A stretch of DNA of 64,000 nt from [Enterobacter] lignolyticus SCF1 (GTDB taxonomy: Bacteria; Pseudomonadota; Gammaproteobacteria; Enterobacterales; Enterobacteriaceae): NCBI RefSeq assembly GCF_000164865.1, contig NC_014618.1, forward strand, positions 661,753 to 725,752. Direction: 5' to 3'. The notes below the pieces were generated by a model. It was not told the origin of the DNA. It saw only the letters and a program-made list of their open reading frames with translations, and ran no database searches. The position numbers were made by a program, and so were the translations under genes. Below, piece after piece: positions 18,422-28,230 of the stretch; the stretch's first letter is position 1; each line of letters begins with the position of its first letter.

Positions 18422-21043
18422 ATGCGCTATACATCCCGGTTGTCGCTATTATCACATTGCATTCTTTTATCGTTGACCTCTTTTGCCGTTCAGGCCAGCG
18501 CCACGACGCCATCCGTTCCCTGCGCCGGAGGTGATATAACGCAGACCTGCGGATTAAGCGTCTACACGGATAATAATTTCTATCAGGGAAGCGGTGATAA
18601 AGACGCGGTAATGGCGCAGGCGACCGCGACGAATATTTATATGGATGGCAACCGACGCGCTGGCGATACCCAGTCGCTTATCGTTAACGGTACGGATATG
18701 TCCGGGGCCTATATTCAGGCCAGCAAAGGGGGCACGGTTAACATCACCATGATCGACGGCGCCAGCGCGGATATGATCGAATCCGGAGATGCCGGACAGA
18801 CAACCAATACCGCGATTACGCTTGACGACGCGGTGCTAAAGGGGGAAGACGATTCAATCGCTTACACTCCGGGAGATGCGGCGGGCGACAAGGCGTACAT
18901 GATGGGCTCGGCGATTTTTATCGACCCGCTGGATGCCGGAAACCACAGCGTCGCAATTACCGACGGTAGCCTGGTGCAGGGGAGTATCGTGAGCGCAGGG
19001 GCCGGTGTGCAGACGATTGCGCTGAATAACAGTTCGTTGGTGAACGGAGGAATATATACCGGAAGCAATGCGTCAGCGACCACGATTGCCTTAACGAATT
19101 CGGTGCTGGACGCCAGCCAAAGTGAAATAGCGCAGCAGGCCGGGGAAATCGTCGCTGGGCTGAATGAAAAAGGCGTTGGACCTTTCAGCAATATAAATGT
19201 CCAGGAATATGATGACGTGGGTATTGCTGTGTACGGTAAATCTGCGATGGCGTTGAGCCTTAATAACAGTACGCTGACCGGCGATATTGCGCTGCTAAAC
19301 GAAGGTAATGATGCAGGGCCGGGAAGTATCAGCGTGACGATGGCGAATAATACCACCGTTAACGGTGATATGACCCTGGTTGGCCAGTCCAGTAATACCA
19401 TTACGCTTACCGACGACAGCACCCTGAATGGCGACGTCGATGCGGCGAATAATAGCGGCAATACCGCCCTCACTCTGGATAATTATTCTCGCATCAACGG
19501 CAATATCGCCCTCGGCAGCGGCAATGATACGGTGACGCTGACCCATGACTCGCAGGTGAACGGCGATGTGGATGCGGGCGCGGGCGACGATACGCTGTCA
19601 ATGGATGAGGGCAGCACGATTAGCGGCCAGATTAGCGATTTTGAAACGGTGAATACGGCGGGCAATAACAATATTAAGACCGACGCCATCAATGATACCA
19701 GCACCTGGAACCTGCAAAACGGTTCTCAGCTTACCGCACAGGAGACGGGCAGCAATGTTCAGGTCAATATGAGCGCCGACAGCTATGTTGACCTGGGGAC
19801 GGTGACCGGGACAAATGATGAGATCGTGGTGAACAGCGTAACGGCGGCGTCGGTGAACCAGCAGGATCAGGAGATTGGCACCTTCACAACGGCGGGGGAT
19901 GCCCCTCAAACCGCGGCGGCGGCAGCGTTTAGCAACGGCGAGCAGCAGGTGGAGAGCCGCAGCGGCGCCTACAACTACAGCAACAGTCTGGACGTGGTTG
20001 CGGCGCAGAGCGCGCTGCTCACGGCCAGCGATACCCAGAGCTGGGACATTTTGTTCAGCAGCTCCCGCAGCTCGCTGGCAAGCGATGTTCAGGGGCTGAT
20101 GGCCGGGCTGGACGCGGCGGAACAGGCAGGCCAGCTCATTACCGACGACATCGCCAACCACATGACGCAGATCCACCTGCAAAACCTGCGCGGGCACGTC
20201 GTCGGGGGCGCGCAGCTGTGGGGCGATTTCCTCTATCAGAACGGCGACGTCAGCGACGACGTTGATTACAACAGCATTACCCAGGGCGCGCAGGGCGGCG
20301 TGGACTGGACGATACCGCTCGCCAACGGCGACAGCCTTACCGCCGGTATGGCGTTAGGCTGGACCCGCAGCCGGGTTGAGGACAACAGCGGCGGCGAGAA
20401 CCGCTTTAAGGATACCGTTTACGGCAATTACTACAGCCTCTACGGCGGCTGGCAGCAGGCGCTGCGCGATAGCCGCTGGGGGATGTTTATCGACGGCAGC
20501 GTCAGCTACGGCGACATGCGCTACTCGCTGTCGGCACAGAACGTTACCGGGAATACCAGCGGAATGACGGAGGCGCTCAGCGGCTCCACCCGCGGCGACC
20601 TGTACGTCGCACAGGCGCGTACCGGGGTGAATATCCTGCTGCCGGCAGAGACGGTGCTGCAGCCGTACGTCACGCTGGGGTGGGATAAAGCCGCTGCGGA
20701 CGGCTACGCCGATAGCGAAATCGCGTTCAGCGATAGCCACGTCTCCTCATGGAACAGCAGCGTTGGTGTGCATCTCTCCACCACGGTGGCCTGTCTTGCG
20801 AAAAACACGACGCTGACGCCGTGGCTGGATATGCGCTATCAGGGACAGTTTAGCGATAACACCGATATCCGTGCGGCGGATTACCACAATACCGATGGTC
20901 ATAACCTGTCGCTGGGGATTTTCGGCGCCGGGATCAGCGCCACGATCGCCCACTCGGTAGCGCTTAATACCGGGGTCTATTTCGGGACCGGCGATGTGGA
21001 CAATAATGCCAGCGTTCAGGCAGGTATCAGCTACCGTTTCTGA
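18422..21043 (+). CDS. Autotransporter (type Va) with a repetitive passenger domain and C-terminal beta-barrel
   Basis: 873 aa. It has a signal peptide (MRYTSRLSLLSHCILLSLTSFAVQASA), Gly/Asp/Asn/Thr-rich beta-helix-like repeats (GDxDAGxGNDT) and a C-terminal barrel ending ..GISYRF, the aromatic terminal residue typical of outer-membrane proteins. A ~420-bp AT-rich region lies upstream. Confidence 0.8.
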   Translation: MRYTSRLSLLSHCILLSLTSFAVQASATTPSVPCAGGDITQTCGLSVYTDNNFYQGSGDKDAVMAQATATNIYMDGNRRAGDTQSLIVNGTDMSGAYIQASKGGTVNITMIDGASADMIESGDAGQTTNTAITLDDAVLKGEDDSIAYTPGDAAGDKAYMMGSAIFIDPLDAGNHSVAITDGSLVQGSIVSAGAGVQTIALNNSSLVNGGIYTGSNASATTIALTNSVLDASQSEIAQQAGEIVAGLNEKGVGPFSNINVQEYDDVGIAVYGKSAMALSLNNSTLTGDIALLNEGNDAGPGSISVTMANNTTVNGDMTLVGQSSNTITLTDDSTLNGDVDAANNSGNTALTLDNYSRINGNIALGSGNDTVTLTHDSQVNGDVDAGAGDDTLSMDEGSTISGQISDFETVNTAGNNNIKTDAINDTSTWNLQNGSQLTAQETGSNVQVNMSADSYVDLGTVTGTNDEIVVNSVTAASVNQQDQEIGTFTTAGDAPQTAAAAAFSNGEQQVESRSGAYNYSNSLDVVAAQSALLTASDTQSWDILFSSSRSSLASDVQGLMAGLDAAEQAGQLITDDIANHMTQIHLQNLRGHVVGGAQLWGDFLYQNGDVSDDVDYNSITQGAQGGVDWTIPLANGDSLTAGMALGWTRSRVEDNSGGENRFKDTVYGNYYSLYGGWQQALRDSRWGMFIDGSVSYGDMRYSLSAQNVTGNTSGMTEALSGSTRGDLYVAQARTGVNILLPAETVLQPYVTLGWDKAAADGYADSEIAFSDSHVSSWNSSVGVHLSTTVACLAKNTTLTPWLDMRYQGQFSDNTDIRAADYHNTDGHNLSLGIFGAGISATIAHSVALNTGVYFGTGDVDNNASVQAGISYRF

Positions 21044-21047
21044 AGCG

Positions 21048-21074
21048 AACACCCGGGTCACGCCGGGTGTTTTC
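21048..21074. terminator. Intrinsic terminator hairpin between the convergent autotransporter and djlC
   Basis: AACACCCGG-gtcacg-CCGGGTGTT followed by TTTC, between the gene ends at 21043 and 21097. Confidence 0.5.
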
Positions 21075-21096
21075 AAAGGGAGACAGCACGATTGCT

Positions 21097-22392
21097 CTAT
21101 TTGAAGAGTTTGAGCAGTTCGGAGAGAACGATTACGCAGATAGCGAAATAAAGTATCGCCCATATGGCTGAAAACCATGCAAAATTCATCCATTCCATCA
21201 TTTTCCATGGGCTGGATAGAATCCTGCTCATGATAATACCGGGCGCGCGGATAAGCGGGACGCCTTTCGGCCATGCCGCCCAGAACATAATGCAAAGTAC
21301 CAGAATAGCGAGCAGCGAGACGAGCGCCATTGCGCCATGTCCGGAGGGCGGGATGGCGATCACAGCGGCAAAAAAGAGCCCGCCGAAGAACAGCTGAATG
21401 ACAATGAGCGAAAGCATAAACTCCACAAAAAGGAAGCAGCTCAGCCATCGTGGCCTGTTACTTAATCCCATCATGAGAATGTCGCTGAGATACAGGTAAA
21501 ATACGACGATGACGATAGCCGTTATGCTGACGGCATGATGAACGTCCGGTAGCTGGAATAACGCGTTGAAGGCCAATCCCCAGAACACTAGCAGAAATAT
21601 GCCCTGCCAACTGAGCGTCAGGCGTCTCTGGCGCATAAACGTCAGCATCGCGGGGTTGAGCCGTTCAGCGATCTCGGGGTAGTAAGACGTAAGATGTTGA
21701 GCCTGGGAAACGAGCGCCTGCAGAAGTCCTGGCATCAGGCGAACCCAAAACGGCACATGATCGCGATCGCTTTTCAGTAGCCGAACCGCCGCTTTCGTTA
21801 GCAGCGTACCATGCGTTTCCTCGTTTGACATTTGCTGCCAGGCGCGGTTAATTTCCGTCTCCCGCAGGCGCTGCTGGATAGTGTGTTGTATCGGCGCGGG
21901 AATAATATGGCTGTAATCATATTCGTCAATCCCCCACGTCAGTAGTCCAGATACTCGTTCAAGAAGCCCTTCCGTGAGCCCTTGCTCTTCAGAGAGCGCT
22001 GCAGCCAGATGCTGGTGGAACTGTTGCTGCTGTAGCAAACTCCCCTGCGATGCGACTTTTGCCCATAGCCGGTTCATCGCCACGATCCCTGACATCTCCG
22101 TGTTAACCAACCGATGCGCCAGCGCCTGCATTTCTTCGGCGGTATAGAACGTTTTCGCCGTAGGGAGCGTCGCCTCGTCGGCGGAAGTCTGGGGTTGGGG
22201 AGGCGTCTCAATCTGTATTGGGGTGGCGCCGCCCCGAGCCTGCTGTTTGGCCGCATCAAAGGCTTCGCGCAATTGTTGATATCCTGTCGGGTCTCTGTCA
22301 GGGCGATGCGTTTTGAGCTGCTGGGCGTAGGCGCGACGGATTTCTGCTTCATCGCGTGTCGGGGCGATCCCAAGAACTTGCCAGATATTCAC
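21097..22392 (-). CDS. djlC: Membrane-anchored J-domain co-chaperone of HscC (DjlC/YbeV-like)
   Basis: 431 aa. The N-terminal J-like domain (IRRAYAQQLKTHRPDRDPTGYQQLREAFDAA) and C-terminal multi-TM region (FLLVFWGLAFNALF..., AVIAIPPSGHGAMALVSLLAILVL) give the DjlC architecture. It lies 4 nt downstream of hscC. Confidence 0.65.
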   Translation of the reverse strand: MNIWQVLGIAPTRDEAEIRRAYAQQLKTHRPDRDPTGYQQLREAFDAAKQQARGGATPIQIETPPQPQTSADEATLPTAKTFYTAEEMQALAHRLVNTEMSGIVAMNRLWAKVASQGSLLQQQQFHQHLAAALSEEQGLTEGLLERVSGLLTWGIDEYDYSHIIPAPIQHTIQQRLRETEINRAWQQMSNEETHGTLLTKAAVRLLKSDRDHVPFWVRLMPGLLQALVSQAQHLTSYYPEIAERLNPAMLTFMRQRRLTLSWQGIFLLVFWGLAFNALFQLPDVHHAVSITAIVIVVFYLYLSDILMMGLSNRPRWLSCFLFVEFMLSLIVIQLFFGGLFFAAVIAIPPSGHGAMALVSLLAILVLCIMFWAAWPKGVPLIRAPGIIMSRILSSPWKMMEWMNFAWFSAIWAILYFAICVIVLSELLKLFK

Positions 22393-24089
22393 GAGCGTAT
22401 TTCCTCATCATATGGTCGCAGAAATTGTTCTACGTACCCGCGAATCGTTGCAATACGACGAACATCCTGACTTTCCAGGGCCTGTTCAAACGCCGTCAGT
22501 AGCTCGTCAATCCGCTGGCGTTCTTCGCCGAGCAGATGTTCGTACAGGCGTGCGCAGCGTGTCAGTAATACCTGGTTCTCCTGACGATCCCGGGGATGCA
22601 GCTTCAGGTCAGTTAGCTTTTGCAGACTGGCGGCTATCTGCTCTTCGCTCATTTGTCCGGGGATTTTTTCGATAACCAGTCGCGATACCGTTGGACTGTT
22701 CTTGTAATGGCACTCGACTTCCAGCAGCCCGTCCAGCGTGTAAGTGAAGCGCACGTCGAGCGCCACTTCACCGGCGGGACGGGGCGGGACCTCAACCTGC
22801 ATTTCTCCAAGGAACACGTTATCCTGCACCCGGCGTCCCTCTCCCTGGTAAATTTTCAGCAGTACCGTGGTCTGGTTATCTTCAACCGTGTTAACGGTCT
22901 CCATTTTGCTTACCGGCAAGAAGGTATTGCGCTCAATGAGTGGTAGAAAGAACCCGGGCTCGAGCAGGCCAGCGTGACGTTTAGCCACTTCGACGCCAAG
23001 CGAAAAGGGCATGACATCGGTAAGGATAATGTCTTCAACGGCGCTATCAGCCATCACCATTCCCGCCTGCACGCCCGCTCCCAGCGCTACCGCTTCATCA
23101 GGATTCAGGTCATGGCGGGGAAAGCGACCGAAAAGCCGGGCGACGGTCTGACGTACGAGGGGCATTCGCGTCGCGCCGCCGACCATCAGGATATGGTCGA
23201 GGTCATGCAGTGAGAAGCGGGCATCGTGCAACGCCTGTTGAACCGGGCGCTGTAGCCGCGTCAGCAGCGACTGGCAACAGTCCGCCAGCGCGGCTTCCGT
23301 TAGCGTCCAGTGCCATTGGCGACCATCCCACTCAAGGGTGGCTGGCGCATTATCTTCGAGGCTGAGCGTCTGCTTCATGGCATCCGCCTTCGCCAGTAAT
23401 TCAGCCCTAAGCGCTGGCGATGGCGGTTTGAGTTCAGGGTGCTGGCGTAGCATCCACTGTACGATGGCTTCTGAGAAATCATCCCCACCCAGCTGCACGT
23501 CGCCACTGCTGGCACGCACCTCAACCACGCCTTCAAACATATCGATTATGGACACGTCGAAGGTGCCGCCGCCGAGGTCAAAGGTAAGATATTTTTGTTC
23601 GCGGTTGTCCAGCAAACCGAAAGCGAGGGAGGCGGCAGTTGGCTCATTGAGCAGGCGCGCGACCTCTAATCCGGCAAGACGGGCCGCATTTTTGACGGCA
23701 CGCCGTTGCACGTCATTAAAATAGGCCGGGACAGTAATTACCGCTCTGGTCAGCGGTTGTCCAAGCCAGGCTTCTGCATCCTGTTTTAGCTGACGCAGCA
23801 GTAGCGCAGATAACTCTTCAGCGCGGAACTGGCGTGTCCCGAGCGAAAGGGTAGCATCGGTTCCCATATACCGTTTAAAGCTTGCCTGCGTCAGCTGCGG
23901 AAAGCGCTGCAGGCGGTCACGCGCCGGACGGCCGATCAAAATATTGCCCTGTTCATCAAGACCAATGACTGACGGGGTGAGCACCTCTCCCCACTGGTTT
24001 GGGATCAGAACCGATTTACCGTTCTGCCAGAGACTTACCGCGCTGTTGGTTGTCCCGAGGTCAATCCCCATGACCTGCATGGTTGTCAT
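22389..24089 (-). CDS. hscC: Hsp70-family chaperone HscC (Hsc62)
   Basis: 566 aa with actin-like ATPase motifs (GIDLGTTNSAV, DLGGGTFDVS, NEPTAASLAFG). It is shorter than DnaK, as HscC is, and forms an operon with djlC. Confidence 0.8.
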   Translation of the reverse strand: MTTMQVMGIDLGTTNSAVSLWQNGKSVLIPNQWGEVLTPSVIGLDEQGNILIGRPARDRLQRFPQLTQASFKRYMGTDATLSLGTRQFRAEELSALLLRQLKQDAEAWLGQPLTRAVITVPAYFNDVQRRAVKNAARLAGLEVARLLNEPTAASLAFGLLDNREQKYLTFDLGGGTFDVSIIDMFEGVVEVRASSGDVQLGGDDFSEAIVQWMLRQHPELKPPSPALRAELLAKADAMKQTLSLEDNAPATLEWDGRQWHWTLTEAALADCCQSLLTRLQRPVQQALHDARFSLHDLDHILMVGGATRMPLVRQTVARLFGRFPRHDLNPDEAVALGAGVQAGMVMADSAVEDIILTDVMPFSLGVEVAKRHAGLLEPGFFLPLIERNTFLPVSKMETVNTVEDNQTTVLLKIYQGEGRRVQDNVFLGEMQVEVPPRPAGEVALDVRFTYTLDGLLEVECHYKNSPTVSRLVIEKIPGQMSEEQIAASLQKLTDLKLHPRDRQENQVLLTRCARLYEHLLGEERQRIDELLTAFEQALESQDVRRIATIRGYVEQFLRPYDEEIRS

Positions 24090-24321
24090 TATTATTCCTT
24101 AGATCGCGAAGTCAGATAATAAATGCCCCGCCCGAGCGTGTCGCAGGGGGTAGGGCTGATTTATGCGCCTGTTTCTCTTGTCAGACGACTCACTGCTAAT
24201 CAGAGGATGATAATATCAGATTGACCACAAAGACTTTCTGGAGATAAACGGCGTTAATTGGGCGTAATCTGCGATGGAGTATGTAAGGTCTCCATATGCG
24301 TCAGCGCAGCACTGCATATTT

Positions 24322-25416
24322 TCAGAAGCTATAGCCCATCTTCAGATAGATACCCGAGTTGTTGTCTTTGCCCATCGCGTATTCGAGGTTGGCGACGATA
24401 CCCGCTTCCGGTTTAAGCACATACTGGATACCGGCGCCCCAGGCGGGATAGACGTTTTCGCGATCGCCGCATGACAGCTTTTCGCCGTTGACCGAGTCCC
24501 CGTACAGGCAGGCGACGCCGACAAACAGGGTCGCCGTCCAGCGTTCCGCCAGCTGGTAGCGCTCCTCGACTTCTACTGACGACATATGCTGCGCCAGGTA
24601 TTCGCCGGGCGTATAGCCGCGAAGATAAACCGGAGAATAGGCGCCAACCGGCGCGCCGCTGGAGAACTGGTGACGGCTGCGTACCGCCAGCACATTGCCC
24701 TCGCCGTGCTGCCAGTAGCCGCGGTAGTCGACGCGGTAAATATCGAAATCCTGCTGTCCGCCCCAGGCGTCCAGATAGGCCATGTTGTTCAGGTTGAGGT
24801 ACCAGCCTTTGGTTGCCTTGAAGTCGCTGTCGCGGGAGTCATGCATCACTACCGCGCCGACGCCGCCGGATTTGTAGCCCACCAGCCCCATCTCATCAAG
24901 GATATCGCTGGTTGCCGGGTCCTGCCCCTGGAGCTCATAGTTGGAAGACGCCGCCTGCGCGCCGATAAACCAGTCGCCCTCCACGCGGTAGAGGTAGCGA
25001 AAGAAGGCGAAGCTGTAGTTATCGTTTGTCGCCAGCGACTGGCCGGAGCCGAGGTAGTTTTCGTAATCGTTATTGATATTCCCCACCATCGCGCCGCCCA
25101 GGATCCGGTGGCGATCCTCGCCGAAGGATGTTTTCGCAAAGACGTTGGCGATAAGCGATTCCGAGGTGGTGTATTTGGCCGAAACGCCAAACATCGAAGG
25201 GCGCGATTTTTCGTCAAAGCGGTGCATATACCCCACCATCAGCCCTCCCGCGGTGTCCAGCTTCGGGCTGGAGCTTAATAAGGGAACGAACAGCCAGGGC
25301 GAGGGGGCCTTCTTTTCTTCGCCGTTGTTGGTTTCCGTCCCGGCTGCGGCCGGAAGCGGCATAGCAATAAAGGTGAGCGCCATGGCCAGGCTGAGCGCGA
25401 GAATCATAATGGACAT
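24322..25416 (-). CDS. Outer-membrane beta-barrel protein (uncharacterised family)
   Basis: An ATG at 25416 with GGAG upstream precedes a signal peptide (MSIMILALSLAMALTFIAMPLPAAAG). The product has alternating amphipathic strands and a C-terminal ..YLKMGYSF with terminal Phe. The 64-codon upstream extension in the ORF track is not credible. Confidence 0.6.
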   Translation of the reverse strand: MSIMILALSLAMALTFIAMPLPAAAGTETNNGEEKKAPSPWLFVPLLSSSPKLDTAGGLMVGYMHRFDEKSRPSMFGVSAKYTTSESLIANVFAKTSFGEDRHRILGGAMVGNINNDYENYLGSGQSLATNDNYSFAFFRYLYRVEGDWFIGAQAASSNYELQGQDPATSDILDEMGLVGYKSGGVGAVVMHDSRDSDFKATKGWYLNLNNMAYLDAWGGQQDFDIYRVDYRGYWQHGEGNVLAVRSRHQFSSGAPVGAYSPVYLRGYTPGEYLAQHMSSVEVEERYQLAERWTATLFVGVACLYGDSVNGEKLSCGDRENVYPAWGAGIQYVLKPEAGIVANLEYAMGKDNNSGIYLKMGYSF

Positions 25417-25702
25417 CGAAAGCAGAGGCTCCGCAGAAAATGAACGAGAGGTTATTGGTCGCGTCGCATGTCGCGCCGGATGGTATACAGTACCGCTAAC
25501 CCGGCAACAGAGGTGACGAGCAGGGTGATAAATATCGTGTCGGCAATCAGCCAGTAAGCCTCGGTGTTGAACATGCTCAGGTCCCATAACAAGAAACCCG
25601 CGCATTCTGCATGGGTTTATCCGCGAGTTCTTGCGCTTTGGGTGCTAATGGGCAATGAAATGTTTAGCTATTCTTTTTGATTATTTGTGCAGGCGCAGGG
25701 CG

Positions 25703-26032
25703 CTACATACCGGAGAAGAGGTTCATGATGAGGCTGCCGGAGATTATCAGCATCATGGCGAAGACGGCGGGAAGGTCCGGCTTCTGCTTGTAGAGGATCA
25801 TGGCACACACCGTCACGCCGACGATGCCAAAACCGCACCACAGCGAGTAGGCTATGCCTACCGGAATGGTGCTCATCGCGCGGGTCAGCGCGAAGTAGCA
25901 CAGCCCATAGGCGCAGACGACCAGCGCCGACGGCGCCGGTCGGCGAAACCCGCGGGTCTTTTTAATCATCGACGTGCCGACAATTTCGGCGCTGACCGAC
26001 AGCGCCAGCCATAAAAATCCGGGATTACTCAT
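25703..26032 (-). CDS. mdtI: SMR-family transporter subunit (MdtI-like)
   Basis: About 109 aa with 4 TM helices and a GFRR motif, paired with the upstream SMR gene. The start is MSNPGF at 26032 or MTKRM at 26044. Confidence 0.55.
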   Translation of the reverse strand: MSNPGFLWLALSVSAEIVGTSMIKKTRGFRRPAPSALVVCAYGLCYFALTRAMSTIPVGIAYSLWCGFGIVGVTVCAMILYKQKPDLPAVFAMMLIISGSLIMNLFSGM

Positions 26033-26399
26033 GCGCTTTGTCACGCTCCTCGCGGCCCATTCGGGAAAACAGGTTCATGATGACGATCCCGCAGGCGATA
26101 ACCACCATACCGACAATGGCGGCGGTATCCGGACGCTGGCCGTAAAACAGCATCCCCAGGGTTGAGACCACCAGGATGCCGGCGCCGGACCAGGTTGCGT
26201 ACGCCAGGCCGACGGGGATCGTTTTAACCGCCCGGGAGAGCGCGTAGTAGCAGAGACAGTACAGCAGCACCAGCAGCCCCGGCAGCACGATTCTGGTCAT
26301 GCCTTCGCTGGCGCTCACCATTTTAAGGGCCGAGGTGGCGGAGGTTTCAGCAAGGATAACCAGCAGCATCCATAGCCAGCATTTTGTTTTGGACGACAA
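26025..26399 (-). CDS. mdtJ: SMR-family transporter subunit (MdtJ-like)
   Basis: 124 aa with 4 TM helices, the conserved membrane Glu (ILAETSATSALKMVSASEG) and a charged C-tail as in MdtJ. It overlaps the partner gene. Confidence 0.55.
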   Translation of the reverse strand: MSSKTKCWLWMLLVILAETSATSALKMVSASEGMTRIVLPGLLVLLYCLCYYALSRAVKTIPVGLAYATWSGAGILVVSTLGMLFYGQRPDTAAIVGMVVIACGIVIMNLFSRMGREERDKAHE

Positions 26400-26495
26400 G
26401 GGGTAAACTCCGGTTAGCGGTCAGGGCGGTATTGCGCAGCATTAGCGGCGCGATTATGCACGAGGTTTGTGACAACCAGATAACGGCGGGGCGCA

Positions 26496-27293
26496 TCAAC
26501 CGGTGGTTGCGCCTGCCGTCATGTTGACCACCGTCGCCGTCATGGCGCTGGCGCTGTCCGACGCCAGAAACGTCATGACGTCGGCTACCTGCGCAAGCGT
26601 CGGCAGGCGTTTTAGCAGAGTGCTGTGCGCGGCGCCGTCGACCCATTCCTCCACCGTGATGCCCATCGCCTGCGCCTTCGGCGCGAAGACCTCAGCGGTG
26701 TAAGAACCTGCCTGCACCGCGCCGACAATGGCGTGCGAGCGGACGCAAACAACGCGGATATTGTCGGGAGCCAGTTCGCTGGCGAGCGCCATTGAGAACG
26801 CTTCGATACCCGCGCAGCCGACGATGTGCCCGGAATGACCCGGCACCGCCATGGGGCCCGCAGGCGCCACCACCGTGATGAGCGCTCCGGCACGTTTCCC
26901 CCCCATATGGGGCGCGACGGCTTTGGCGATGTTGAAGTAGGCGGACAGAAACGGGGTGATGCCCTGCATGAACTCCGTCAGGGTGAGCTCTGCGAGGGTT
27001 TTCCCCTGATCGTGCGCAAAGCCGGTCGCATTGACCACGATATCGATACCGCCGATCCTGCGGGCCAGCAGCGCCGTCTGCTGCAGCATGGCCTGTTCAT
27101 CGAGAACGTCGATGATGCCGATGTCGGCCCTGCCGCCCGCCGTGCGGATGCTGTCCGCCACCCGCTCCAGCCGGTCCTGACGGCGGGCAATGAGACACAC
27201 CTGCGCCCCTTCGCGCGCCATCGCCTGCGCCACCGCGCTGCCAATAGCGCCGCTTGCGCCGAAAATGACGGCGACTTTGCCTGCGAGCAACAT
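26496..27293 (-). CDS. Short-chain dehydrogenase/reductase (SDR)
   Basis: GKVAVIFGASGAIGSAVA is a Rossmann TGxxxGxG motif at the N-terminus when the ATG at 27293 is used (MLLAGKVAVIF...). The 20-codon extension in the ORF track is unlikely. Confidence 0.7.
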   Translation of the reverse strand: MLLAGKVAVIFGASGAIGSAVAQAMAREGAQVCLIARRQDRLERVADSIRTAGGRADIGIIDVLDEQAMLQQTALLARRIGGIDIVVNATGFAHDQGKTLAELTLTEFMQGITPFLSAYFNIAKAVAPHMGGKRAGALITVVAPAGPMAVPGHSGHIVGCAGIEAFSMALASELAPDNIRVVCVRSHAIVGAVQAGSYTAEVFAPKAQAMGITVEEWVDGAAHSTLLKRLPTLAQVADVMTFLASDSASAMTATVVNMTAGATTG

Positions 27294-27862
27294 AGCCTGT
27301 CTCCTGTCTGCCAGAACCCAGCAAAAGTATGGGTGATAACACGGGTGATGCAAGCGAAGCGGGGTGATGGCGTCCGGCCAGACATTTTACCGCGAGAATG
27401 AGAGGTAAGAGACATTTTCCAGCCCGGCGGCGTGATACCTGTAAAGGTGAACCACCCGCGACAACACGGAGAGTTAAAACGATGTCAGATTCTCACACGC
27501 TACCAAAATTCGACAGCAGCACCTCATTTACCGGGCTGGATTTTCTCGCCCGCAGCCTGATCAGAATGGAGCAAAACGGCACGCGCCTCGAACCCGGTGA
27601 TATGGCCGGTAACATGACCGACGAGCAAAGAGAGATTTTTATGGCGCGGGTGGCGTTTCATCGGGATTGCCTGAGCCATAAAAACAGGTAGCGGCTCCGG
27701 GGCGCTTTTCACCCACGATACGGCTCGTTAGCGGTATTCTTCATTCATAGCTCACATTTGATCAATTAAATAGGGATTGAATGGATAAACCTTTTGATAC
27801 CGAAGCAAAATGTAGTCCATATTATAGCCTTGTACATCTCATGGATATTTTAAGGAAAGAAT

Positions 27863-28162
27863 ATGTCAGCGGTAATTGATAAAGCACTGGATTTTATTAA
27901 TGGGATGAACACATCATCTTCAGCGCCACACTCAATGGATGAAAGCACGGCTAAGGGCATTTTCAAGTACCTTAATGAGTTAGGCGCTCCGGCCAGCGCG
28001 GCTGATGTCTTTGCCCGAGGCGATCAAGAAGGCTGGAACCCTGGGTTTACTAAAACATTAGCGGGATGGGCGGAACGAATTGAGTCCGGTGAGCGTCTGG
28101 TTATTAAGAATCCTGAATACTTTTCATCTTACATGAAGGAAGAGCTGCGCGCCCTGGTATGA
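27863..28162 (+). CDS. Hypothetical protein (99 aa)
   Basis: A stand-alone ORF in a lower-GC stretch next to the IS remnant; no recognisable motif. Confidence 0.3.
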   Translation: MSAVIDKALDFINGMNTSSSAPHSMDESTAKGIFKYLNELGAPASAADVFARGDQEGWNPGFTKTLAGWAERIESGERLVIKNPEYFSSYMKEELRALV

Positions 28163-28230
28163 GGGGCCACTCTTTAAGAACTTCATTTAGCCAGGTGCTC
28201 TCACCTTCGATGTGAGGGCGCCGATATCCT

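Noticed and set aside
24322-25605. Full 427-aa version of the outer-membrane protein ORF
   Set aside because: The first 63 codons are His/Arg-rich with no signal peptide. The internal ATG at 25416 gives a canonical signal sequence and has a ribosome-binding site.
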